Notes under the pieces: generated by a model | What the model was told of the DNA's origin: nothing | Database searches by the model: none | What the model saw: only the letters and a program-made list of their open reading frames with translations | Position numbers and translations under genes: made by a program | Origin: Octopus bimaculoides | Lineage: Eukaryota | Length of the DNA: 64,000 bases | Assembly (NCBI RefSeq): GCF_001194135.2 | Contig: NC_068981.1 | Coordinates: forward strand, 125,135,789-125,199,788 | Reading direction: 5' to 3' | Shown: positions 52,620-64,000 of the stretch, in pieces | Layout: each line of letters opens with the position of its first letter | How positions within the stretch are numbered: the stretch's first letter is position 1

Positions 52620-53400
52620 TATGACCTTCATAAAGCCAAATATATTGGTGACTTAATTTCCAATGTCAATCACCTGAAGGTCTGTGTCCTCACAAAATTT
52701 GATGAAAACAGTGTTTCAGCATCAAAAAGGCATTCAATTGTAGTACGTACACAAATCTGTTAAATGCTTGCCTATGGACTCCATCCCTCTTTCTTCTCTT
52801 GGATCAATGGTTTTCTATTGGGTTTTGTGATTCAACATCCAGTTTTGTGTTCTGCATTCTTCCTTCAATACATCAGCAAGCTTTGAGTTATCACTGCCAA
52901 CAACACTCACTCCTACACAAATGATATCACTCTTCATTCTTCTCTAACCTTTTACAGCCAAATATCATCCATATTCAACCTAGACATCTTGCACCATGAT
53001 GGAATGATAGAATATTACTGATTCTAGGAACAAAGGTTTTGTAAACATGTCCCAATGGAGTCATGCCAATCTTGTCTCTTCAACAGCATAGATACAGTTT
53101 CTACATTTATGTAGGAAATGTCATATCTCCCACCCATCTAATGTGAACAACATGCGACTAGAACCTTCAAAGTCATTACAAATGCAAGGCATCACCATCA
53201 GTGAGGATCTTAGTCATGAATGCATATATTCTCCATATCAAAAATGGCATCACAAAGTAAATAGTCTACCTTTTCAGGGCCAGATAATATATTTCATCCC
53301 CACCTTAACTATTAACCCTCTCAAAAGCTCAAATGAAACCCACATTGGAATACAGCAGGGCAAGGAGTGTTTTGCAAATATATACAAATAGTGATTTCTG
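52620..53400 (+). mobile_element. Jockey/I-like LINE RT relic
   Basis: TKFDENSV..IKKAFN, AYGLHPSFFSWINGFL, PVLCSAFFLQYISKL...HSYTNDITLHSS, which corresponds to GSVLSPTLF...HSYADDSTLHSS. Confidence 0.65.
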
Positions 53401-53496
53401 GTTGTATTTAAATGATGATGAAGAGAAGTTAATACAGGGTGAAGTTAGGCTGTCTTAGTCTGGTTTAGTACAAGTTGTAATATTTTTACTGTACAA

Positions 53497-53720
53497 TAAG
53501 GCTGCGAGCTGGCAGAATCATTACCACACCAGGCAAAATGCTTAGTGGCATTTCAACAGTCCTTACATCCTGAGTTCAAGTTCCGCCGTGGTTGACTTTG
53601 CCTTTTATCATTTTGGGGTGGGGGGGGTCAACAAATTAAGTACCAGTTGTGCACTGGAGTAAAGGTAATCTACTATCCCACTTCCCCCAAATTGCTGGCC
53701 TTGTGCCGAAATTTGCAATC
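53497..53720 (+). mobile_element. Full-length tRNA-derived SINE with about 13-bp TSD
   Basis: aatatttttactg before and aatacttttactg after; A-box and B-box-like motifs present. Confidence 0.85.
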
Positions 53721-56169
53721 AATACTTTTACTGAACATCGTCAACACACCAAGGTGATGTTAATGCAGTTGTTGTTCTCCTTACTGTTTAGTTCCAAACC
53801 AGCTATAATTGAGCAGATATATTCTATGATCAAAGTAATTCTAAAAGTGAACATCTCTCATTTTCCCTTTTCTCTTTCATTTTTCACACTGCATATCTAG
53901 GACTATATGGAAACTAAATTACCAACATATAACACAAGGGTGTGATATAAAGAAAGATTTGGTTGTCATTCCTGCAGGTCAGCTGACCACATAGAAGCTC
54001 TCTTATTGATTTGTTATTCACATAGTATATAAGTAAGGTTATTATAGTATCCCAATATCTAGGTGATATATGTGGATAAGATTACTACAGTACTAAGACA
54101 TAATGAAAATGTTTAAATGAGTTCAGTACAGTAACAAACCTTACCAAAAGGTCCAGGAGACATTAATGTTATACAGTATCAAGATATCTTAGCGGGGTTA
54201 ATACAGGTGGGTTGATATATACATTCAAACTCAAGATAAAATGCAAAAACACTGGTGCAAATGTAATACCAAAAACAATATTTTTTTTGTATCTACCTCT
54301 ACAACGATAACTATTTCTTTGATAGACTCAATGTTAGATAAATCACCTCCAATGTATTACTGATATTATCAATCTTATTATAGCCATAGAAATGAGAAGC
54401 AAAGTTGAATTTGACAAGGTTCAAACAATAAGGATATAGAATGATGTATTAGGATGTAAGAGAATAGTGAACAAAATTTAGTGTGATTTTCTACCATTTG
54501 TTATAGACTCACTAATCATGGATTACTACATATAATCAGAGCAAGAACTAAGATGGAAAAGATGGTGTAAAATCTAGAGACCAGGGATAATTTCTTCAAT
54601 TTATTTATTTACTTCATTTATCTTTTAATTAGGAAGGAAGGCAACACCCAAGAGCTTTTCCAGAGTTTTAAGTACTGTTGGGCAAGAAAAAGAAGGTATA
54701 CTCAAATTGAAAACTTGGCCTGAATTATTACAGCAGATGTTATCCCAGTTGACTGGTGGTTGTGTTAAACCAAGTGACAGATTACGACTACTTCTAATGG
54801 AAGCTATGACAATATTTGGACTCAGAACACAAGAGACTGGGATAAATATTGCAAGGCATTCAATCAGGCATATCTATACTCTGCTCCAGACTGGTACTTT
54901 TTTAACAACCCCAAAAGGATGAAAGGCAAAATTAACTTTTAGTACACTGCATTTTTTCCAGAATTGTTTCCCCTGTTACTACAAAGGAGAAAACTCATAC
55001 AGTGGCATAATGCACCTACAGTGTGCTAAAGGTTAAGCTTGACAAGACTTGAACTCAAAATGGAACAAATATATTTTAGGCCCTTTATTTCAACACTCTA
55101 ATGAGTCTACAATTTCATCACCTAAGTTACTTTATGACATATAACTCACTACTTCATTCTGTGACCAAATTCTGTCAGTGCCAAAATTATATTTCTTCTG
55201 CCCCGGGTCAAAATTCAACCTCTAAAATAAGTACCGGTAAAACAACATAAGATACTGGAGTACATCCAATCATTTGAATCACTACAGAAGGACAAACATA
55301 TCTCTGGTTAAAAGAAATCCATACTTTTGCTCTAAACATAACACTTATACACACAGACACACTGTGGTATAGATTCAGCTGTAAACAAGTCATAACAGAG
55401 TAAAGAAATAACATCAATAGATATACATACTTCATTCTATATAGGAGTGTGTTCCTCATATGTAAATGAGTATATGCACTATACACACACCTACAATAAA
55501 TAGGACATACTATTTTATGGCCTTATTGAAGGTTACAATTACAACTACTACTATAACAACCATAACTTTCACTACTGCTATTATTCTTTTTACAGCATAA
55601 AACAACTGCTGCTGCTGCTGATGACGATGACAATGACGACCATAACACCAGCTATAATAATAATTTCTAGCTTTAGCACAAGAGCACACATTTAGAGGAA
55701 CAGAATGCAGTTGAGCTAATCAACCTCAGTTACTTGCACGATACTTGCTTTTACTGACCCACCCCCATCCAGATGGATGAAAGGCAAAGTTGATTTCAGC
55801 AGGATTCACAATTAGGTTGTATAAAACGATGCAGCTAAATACAGCAAGGCATTTTTATCAAACATTTTATTGATTCAGCTAATGATTGCATTTCACAAGC
55901 AGGGACAACATATAAGACAAAATACAAAATTTATTACAGAAACATATTAGTCATAAAGCTTATATGTATGTATAAACAAATACATATGTTAGTCATATAT
56001 ATACACATGAATACACAGTATACCACACACACAAAATTAGACAAAGTAAGCACAAATTTGAAAGAGGAAAGGGAAATAGGCCCATGAAGGGACTAAAAGC
56101 TATGTTTCTATTGCTTGTCAAGAGACTTTATTATTAATTATTCTATGGAAAACCTGGCATTAACTCGTT

Positions 56170-56310
56170 TGTTGTTTATTGTACAGTTTTTTAGAGTTGT
56201 TATAGAAAGCATACTGACATATGGGTGTGAATGCTGGATGCTTATGAAAGCAATCAAAATCAAGGTAAGTAGAACATATACCACGATGATAAGGTTTCTT
56301 GGGAACAAGA
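56170..56310 (+). mobile_element. RTE LINE RT C-terminal fragment
   Basis: FFRVVIESILTYGCECWMLMKAIKIKVSRTYTTMIR. Confidence 0.7.
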
Positions 56311-57024
56311 TTTACTGCACAGAAGACCCGTCAAGTCAAATGAAATCATAGTCATGACTGATGCTCATGTCATGTAACTAGCACTCATGCTGAAGGCACA
56401 TAAAGAGCACCTTTCAAGCATTGGGTCTCATGGAGGCAAAATGACTGAGTTCCTTTCAAGCATTGGGTCTCATGGAGGCAAAATGTTTGAGTCCCTTTCG
56501 AGCACTAGGTTACACAGAAGCAATGACCAAGACCTTTGACATTATGTCGTGCTTGAGAAGAAGACCCATCAAGCCAAGCAAAATTGCAGTCGTGGCAGAT
56601 ACTGGTGTTACGCAAATGGCACCCATGCTGGTGGTACATAAGAGCACCCATTACACTCTCGGAGTGGTTGGTGTTATGAAGGGCATCCAGCCATAGAAAA
56701 CTATGGCAAATCAGACTGGAGTCAGGTGCAGCCTTCTAGCTTACTAGCTCTGGTTAAACCATCCAACCCATGCCAGCATGGACAATGGACATTTACAGAA
56801 ACCATCAAATTATTTACATTATTTACAGAAACCATCAAATAATGCAAACTTAAGTTTGTGACACACTGTTGGCAAAGAACTAATGAAATTGAACAACAAC
56901 TATTACAATTTTAAGTCAACCAGTCCAAGGTAAAATGAGAAAAGGGAAATCATGTCAAACAGCACTAAATGTCAAGATCTATAGTGAAATCAAGTGTTAT
57001 TGTTGCACCCCATCAAAATCACTG

Positions 57025-57362
57025 AAAAACCGGGTTTTGAGTTGCTGGAACACCCTGCATACACAGTCCAGATCTTGCTGCCCCATCTCCTTTGACTATC
57101 ACCTCTTTTGATTAATCAAACATCCTTTATGAAGTGTTGATTTGCTACAGACAAAGAAGCACATGAAGTGGTGTATAAATGGCTGTGTGACCAGCTGAAA
57201 ATCTCCTTCCCTGATGGAATACCCAAGCAATGTGGACCACTGGAAGACGTGCATCAAAATGCAAGGAGACTATGTTGAAAAATAATGTATTGTTCAACCC
57301 CTGATTTTGTTTTAATAAATTACAGAAACAAGAATGCATATAATTTTTTACTCATCCTTGTA
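57025..57362 (+). mobile_element. Mariner transposon 3' fragment with right TIR
   Basis: GFELLEHPA.SPDLA..DYHLF...WKTCIKMQGDYVEK* (frameshifted); ends tttttactcatccttg|ta. Confidence 0.8.
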
Positions 57363-59077
57363 AAACAACACATCTATCAAAACTAACACCAGAAACTATC
57401 ATCATCACATTCATGGTAGCTTCAGAGCTGCCACTATTAATATTAGCATGGTGAAAGACAAATGTGGAGAAGATAGAAAAGCTGAAAGATCCTTTGACAA
57501 TACATAAAGCCAAAGAAATACTAAGCAATGCTTATAACAAACCACAAATCAGATTTATAGATGTTTCAGTTAGGAACATTTATATATTGGTACAGAAAAT
57601 AAAAGTGAAGGAACAGGTTTTGAAAAAACTAGAAGAAAAGAGACAGAAATGGTAATAAGAAATAATACTAGATGACTAGAAGAAAATCAGATACACTTAA
57701 CAATAAGTGAAGCAGAGAGTAAGATGTTGGCCAATGTTCTGTGAAGAGGGAACAAATCAATGTATCAGTATGGATCAAGACATAGCTAACAGAAAAGTGT
57801 GTATGGAAAAACAATGGCATACTCACACTTATTGATGCTGAGAAGAAAGGGGCAAAGAAATGCTGGTATGCATACATATATATGTGCATGCAACAGTGCT
57901 CACGGGAGCATATTTGCATGCATGTGTGCATGTATGTAAGTGTGTGTCTGGGAGAGAGACAGACAGACAGACAGACAGAGAGAGGACTACTTTTAGCTGA
58001 CAAAAAGTTTTAGTAGGAGAGAATAAAGAACTCTGCTTCCATGTGGGAAATGGCCATACACAGTATACAGAAAAGGCGTATGTAGGAATTGTGTACTGTA
58101 TACCCAATATACATGGGTATGTAAGTGATGCTGGGTACATAAGTGATCACAGGCAAACTAACAGAAAAGAACTCTGAATACAGTTGATGTAGTAGAGTAA
58201 CAAGTAGTGAAAGAGCTTATTTAATGAGTTCCTTCGACTCCTTAGAAGGACTTCCAAAAGTAATTGATAATAGCAGTTGAGGTGGGGGGTTCCAAAGGCA
58301 TAATCTAAGTAAGAATGAGTTGGAAAATGCTTGAAGAGATATCGCATTTGCTGGCAACAAAGGTACTCACTTATCCTCTCTGAGTGAACAGTAGTTTGCA
58401 TGATATTTGCATAAAAAATTCAATATTGCATGGTAGCAAAACATAGGCAATGAATGCAGATGAATGAAGGCTGGAAAAATATTGAGGCTAACTCTCTTCA
58501 CTGCATTCATAATATCAGTGTGACAATGGGACACAAATGAAGTGGGGATAAGAGAAGTCCGCTGTATTGGACAAGAGGGAAGTTTCCACTGTTATGGACA
58601 TGATGTAGTTGAAGGGCAATGATTAAATGTAAAAGGTGTCAAGCAAACTGAGTAGAAGTAACTATTGGAAAATGAAATGCAAGGAAGACAATGTGAAGAA
58701 GTGGTGAAACTAATCTCAATGGGTGAATTTTCATGAAGATGACAACTGACATGGTACTGAGTTGAAAAAGACTAGTCCAACATGAGAAAGCATAGCAAAA
58801 CAGACAAAGATGATGATGATGAATACCCACACATACAGATGAAAGACAAAAATAAAAAGAATGTATAATAGAATTCAATAAAACCTGTGGTATTAAAATT
58901 TTAAAAAAACATAAACAAAAAGGAAACAGAAATTTAAAGCTTATTCAGTTGTAAATGACCGATTGCAATAAATACATTGCAGTAAGTAAATAAAAAACAT
59001 AAAACATCCATGCTCATGTCTGAATTGTAGATGTAGCTATATAGAAATAGTAATACTGTATATATCAATATATAGAT

Positions 59078-59161
<84 letters not shown>

Positions 59162-60458
59162 TTTTGATTTGGTGTTAGGATGCTGCTGTAGAAAACTAAA
59201 CTTGACAGAATCAATTACATTTACTCTTAGAAGCAATTTTAACAGATTTTGTTTCCGTCAAGTAGAGTTGAATAACAATAAAAAAAAAATAAAGTAAAAA
59301 GAGTTGTGAACATTTGCACTTTAAACAGAGTAATTCTACAGCTTTAAGTAATACAAGATGTGATACAGGGTTGTTAATTTAATAAAAGCTTTGAATGAGT
59401 AGAGAGCAGGTAGATGACAATTACAGCTAGTATTCAACTACATAAATGTGATGGCATAAGTATAACATGCAAGTTTCATACTTGGAAATCCATATAGTTG
59501 TCGATATTACTTATCCTCAGGCCAGCTCTGACTGAGCGGACTTATGATCAAAGGCATTCAAGCCATAACCAACATGCAATTTCATATATCCAGAATACAT
59601 TGTTAAAAGTATCCATCTATATTTAAGATGGTAAGGTGTACTATGGAGGGAGATTTGGTTGCTTTTTCTATCAGCTAAAGTGACGGAGACTATTTCATTG
59701 AGAAACCAAACTATAAATGGAGAGGATTTTATTGTCAATTAACAGAACACCACTGTTATTGACTACTGCAAATATAAAGGTGTTTGTTGAGAGAGAGAGA
59801 GAAAGAGAGAGAAGAAAGTCAGTTTTTATTTCATTTTCTCTAATATGAGAGAAATGAGCAGTATCACTCCCTTGCTGACAATGACAGTAGGGGTAATACT
59901 CTTTTTACTCTTTTACTTGTTTCAGTCATTTGACTGTGGCCATGCTGGAGCACCGCCTTTAGTCGAGCAAATCGACCCCAAGACTTATTCTTTGTAGGCC
60001 TAGTACTTTTTCACAGGCTGATACCTTCAGAGAAAACGAATATGGACAGAAAAAGAGACGCAGACATCTGAAGTGGAATGATGGGGTGAGGTGTTTAGTG
60101 TGGGATTTTGGTTAAAAGATAATGCAGAGTGACGACAAAAGAACGAAAGGTAGGCACAGGACAGAAGAATGATACAGTATGTCAGTGTACCAGTGATTGA
60201 AGCATGTTGGTAACTGATATTTGTCAATCAATCAATTAGCTTTCATTTGAATAAGGTAAACAATGTTTGTGAATGGAACAGTGAGCAGTATTCCATTATG
60301 GATCATATTGTCATGTAGATGGTCAGAAATAGTTTAAAGACAAAAATTTTTTTATTCTTAAAGTGGCTAAGAAATTCTTATTTTTGAACAGTTTATTCTA
60401 ACATCAGCTCAAATTTCATTCAAAAGAAAAAAAATTATTTCTAGAGACAGCAACTGTT

Positions 60459-61050
60459 TTAACCATTTAGCATTCAGATTATTTTGTCAAATGTAACACT
60501 TTTTCTTTCACACTGTTCTTAATCATGCATTATCTCATAGCTTTGGAATTTTCATGATGTAATTGTATATATTTATAATGGCATTGAAGGTAGGTGTGAA
60601 AGGCTGGATCTGGTTGGTTAGAACATAAAACAAGTAGCATATATGGGTGGTTTAAATGCTAAAGGGTTAGCCCTTTTGATATCAACCTGCCTGAGACTGC
60701 TCCTGGGTCTATGATACAAAATTCTTGTTTTTAAAGTGATCTGAATTAAAAACAACCATGAAAATTTCATGTTAATTTATGATACAAATTAAGGCAACAA
60801 GCTGATAAGATGTTAGCATGCCAGACAAAATGGTTAGTGGCATTTCCTCTGGCTTTACATTCTAAGTTCAAATGCCTTTCATCCTTCTTGGGGTTGGTAA
60901 AATAAGTAGCAGTCAAGTGCTGGGGTTGATGTAATTGATTTGCTTGTCCTCTAAAAATTGCTGGCCTTGTGTCAAAATTAGAAAGAAAGAATTTATGTTC
61001 TAAACACTAGATTAATAATGACAAAAATTTATTTTACTAAATTCTTTATC
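60459..61050. mobile_element. MITE-A abutting MITE-B, with MITE-B interrupted by a SINE (60790-60990)
   Basis: ttaa-ccatttagcatt...aaaggg-ttag-cccttttgat. The SINE is flanked by aatttatg. Confidence 0.7.
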
Positions 61051-61150
61051 TCTTTTATCTTTTATTTTAGTTGAATGAATTGATCTCTACTTATTTTTCT
61101 TTTAAGCCTGGTACTTATTCTATCAGTCTCTTTTGCTGAACCACTACATT

Positions 61151-61641
61151 CATCATCATCATCATCATCGTTTAACGTCCGCTTTCCATGCTAGCATGGG
61201 TTGGACGATTTGACTGAGGACTGGTGAAACCGGATGGCAACACCAGGCTCCAATCTAAATTTGGCAGAGTTTCTACAGCTGGATGCCCTTCCTAACGCCA
61301 ACCACTCAGAGAGTGTATTAGGTGCTTTTACGTGTCACCTGCACGAAGGCCAGTCAGGCGATACTGGCAACGGCCACGCTCGAAATGGTGTCTTTTATGT
61401 GCCACCCGCACAAGCCAGTCCAGGGGCACTGGCAACAATCTCGCTCGAAAATCCTACGGGAGCCAGTCAGGCGGTACTGGCAACGGCCACGCTCAAAATG
61501 GTGCATCTTATGTGCCACCCGCACAAGAGCCAGTCCAGGGGCACTGGCAACGATTTTACTTGGCTTGCCGGGTCTTCTCACGCACAGCACATTTCCAAAG
61601 GTCTCGGTCAGTAGTCATCGCCTCGGTGAGGCCCAATGTAC
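61151..61641 (-). mobile_element. Young RTE 3' UTR fragment with an internal dimer of about 110 bp
   Basis: (cat)n cgtttaacgtccgctttccatgctagc...; repeat units at 61350-61440 and 61462-61555; CpG-rich; possible acatt TSD. Confidence 0.88.
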
Positions 61642-62542
61642 GCACATTATGGGTAGATAAACACACTGAAATCAGTGTACTTCAAGAGAAATTTGGTAAC
61701 AACAAAAGGGTTAAGATGAGAAATTTCATAGTCCTAAAGAGATAGCTCAACCTTTCTCATGGTAATATCACTGATTCTATAAGGCAAAAAGGCATGGGAG
61801 TAAGAGCAACTAAATTTGTTAATCATGAAATTTACTCAAATTTCATGATTTAATACTCTTCAGAATGTGAAATTGTTTGATTTTGGAGTACACACTCTCT
61901 GAAGTTATAAAAGAGTGGATGAAGTTTCAGTTTGCATTATCAAATGGAACTACAGGCATCTTTCAACTTATGTCATATGGTGTTATGCTTTTTTTTAATT
62001 TTTACTTTACATCATTTTTATTTAAAGAAATATATGGTAAAAATAAGTTTCAACTTCAGTCGATTTATCCAACAAAGATATTTAAAAGCATAAAAAATAA
62101 AAAAGTAAAAAAACACCAAAAACCAATACTGAAATGGAAAATCAAATAAAACACATGTGAAAATATGTATAAACCATTTATTAAAACAGATATAAGCTGA
62201 TAAATTCTTTTAAATGTTTTTTCATATTATGTCATTTTTCAATTCAAGTTGCATGTCTTGGAACCAAATTACAAACTTAAGTTGATGTCTGCCTGTAGCT
62301 ATATGAAGAGTACTTGGTAACAGAAATACAAAACTTGAAATTTTTTCTCTAGGAAAGTATTTAACAATCCTATGTTCAGATACTTAAGAAGGCAATAAGG
62401 ATGCCAGGTGAGTGATTTGTGAGAGGAGTTAAAGTAATATATGATTTAGGTAAGTGAAAGTAAGTTTAACCAGTATTCTTAGTACACGACTTACCCAACC
62501 TTCTCTCCTCTTTTTTTATTCTTGAAGTCTTGTGTGGTCATG

Positions 62543-62938
62543 TAGGCACAGGAATGGCTATGTGGTAAGCAGTTTGCGTTTCAACCACATGGTCCTGGGT
62601 CCAATCTCACTGTGTGGCACCTTGGGCAAGTATCTTCTACTATAGCCTCAAGCTGACCAAAAACTTCTGAGTGGATTTGATAAACAGAAAATGAAAGAAG
62701 TCTGTTGTGTGCACACACATGCATGTGTATATCTGTGTTTGTTCCTGACCACTTCTTGCCAACCAGTGTTATTGTGTTTACATCCTTGTAACTTAATGGT
62801 CCAGCAAAAGGGACTGATGGAATAAGTACCAGAATTTAAAAAATAAGTACTGAGGTTAATTAATTTGACTAAAATTATTCAAAGTAGTGCCCTAGTATGG
62901 CAACAGCCTAATGATTGAAACACTTAAAAGCTAAAAGT
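62543..62938 (+). mobile_element. Full-length tRNA-headed octopus SINE (OR/CORE-like)
   Basis: ggcacaggaatggctatgtggtaag...ggcaccttgggcaagtatcttctactatagcc...gattgaaac. Confidence 0.8.
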
Positions 62939-63612
62939 TATGATAAATTCAAGACTGTCCATTGAACTATATTCCAACAAGCAAAACTACACTTCAACCT
63001 CAATTGGAATTTACAGTTTTGAATCCCCTAAGAGGGAGTTTAATACATGAAAAATGGAGGGAAAATGGGGCAAAGAGTAAAGTATCTTGATATACAGTAA
63101 GAAAATTCAACAGTTATGGATCTCATAATGAAATTATTCATATACATATTGAGAGAAATTCAGTATTGTACAGGCAGAGTAAACTTACTGCATAAGTGTT
63201 GTAGAGTAGTTGCTGTTGATGTTTAGCACCAAAATCAATTCCAATTAAGGAAGCTTATGCTTAAAGGATCTAGCCATGATCATCATGCATTTATTTCAGT
63301 TGCAGTATAACTAAAACAACATAATCTAGCATGTGCTTCATTTTTTTAAAAACATTAGTGTGTGATTTATGAAAGATGTGGTTGCCTGGTGTCGCCTCCT
63401 GGTTCACCAGTCCTCAGTCAAATCATCCAACCCATGCTAGCATGGAAAGCAGACGTTAAACGACGACGATGATGATGATGATGTGGTTGGTATTTCTTGC
63501 AAGATGAAGGACAACATGAAGAGTCTCATATCAGCTTATGCAGTAAATTGTTATCATTATCATAGAAAAGGAGATTAAGAGTGGTTTTACCAATAATTTA
63601 AAATGAATCTCA

Positions 63613-63652
<40 letters not shown>

Positions 63653-63810
63653 TCTCTCTCTTCCTCTCTCTCNNNNNNNNNNCCTCTCTCTCTCTTCCTC
63701 TCTCTCTCTACACACACACACACACAAACACATACACTGGCATATAAATATGAACATGCATAGCATGATAGAAACTTCTTTCTTACACAGCTGCTTCAGT
63801 GCAGAATACA

Positions 63811-64000
63811 CATCATCATCATCATCATCATCGTTTAACGTCCGCTTTCCATGCTAGCATGGGTTGGACGATTTGACTGAGGACTGGTGAAACCGGATGG
63901 CAACACCAGGCTCCAGTCTGATTTGGCAGAGTTTCTACAGCTGGATGCCCTTCCTAACGCCAACCACTCAGAGAGTGTAGTGGGTGCTTTTACGTGTCAC
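63811..64000 (-). mobile_element. Young RTE 3' end running off the window
   Basis: Differs from 61151-61340 at only a few positions. Confidence 0.88.

Noticed and set aside
61350-61555. CRISPR-like or coding repeat (126-137 aa ORFs)
   Set aside because: It is an internal dimer in an RTE 3' UTR; there are no unique spacers or cas genes, and the context is eukaryotic.
52311-64000. Upstream FAM20B exons (DRHNxE exon, N-terminal exon)
   Set aside because: I searched by eye and did not find them; they probably lie beyond the window. An FHLS-like hit near 54555 lacks the rest of the motif.

Overview
AT-rich, microsatellite- and transposon-dense eukaryotic DNA. The SINE and RTE repeat families point to an Octopus genome; the assembly is gapped, with 7 N-runs. 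The only host gene I can support is FAM20B (glycosaminoglycan xylosylkinase) on the minus strand. I reconstructed five GT-AG exons by hand (52201-52310, 37551-37719, 30609-30797, 19941-20000, 11390-11633; 772 nt over about 41 kb). They join in frame and end at TGA. The 5' exons were not found and probably lie beyond 64 kb. The rest is intron or downstream sequence filled with tRNA-derived SINEs, RTE, Jockey-like and R4/Dong LINE pieces, Penelope-like fragments (with decayed hammerhead-ribozyme cores), a Tc1 transposon with DD36E spacing, a mariner end, a Gypsy relic split by an RTE, and many fold-back MITEs. The most unusual signal is a recurring pattern of short local templated copies and fold-back inversions at 9.3, 12.1/13.9/17.9, 17.0/18.6 and 49.3-52.9 kb, one of which includes a perfect 50-bp palindrome. 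Almost all ORFs in the supplied track are microsatellite or gap artefacts. I found no CRISPR, rRNA or true tRNA genes, and no clear novel protein-coding system.
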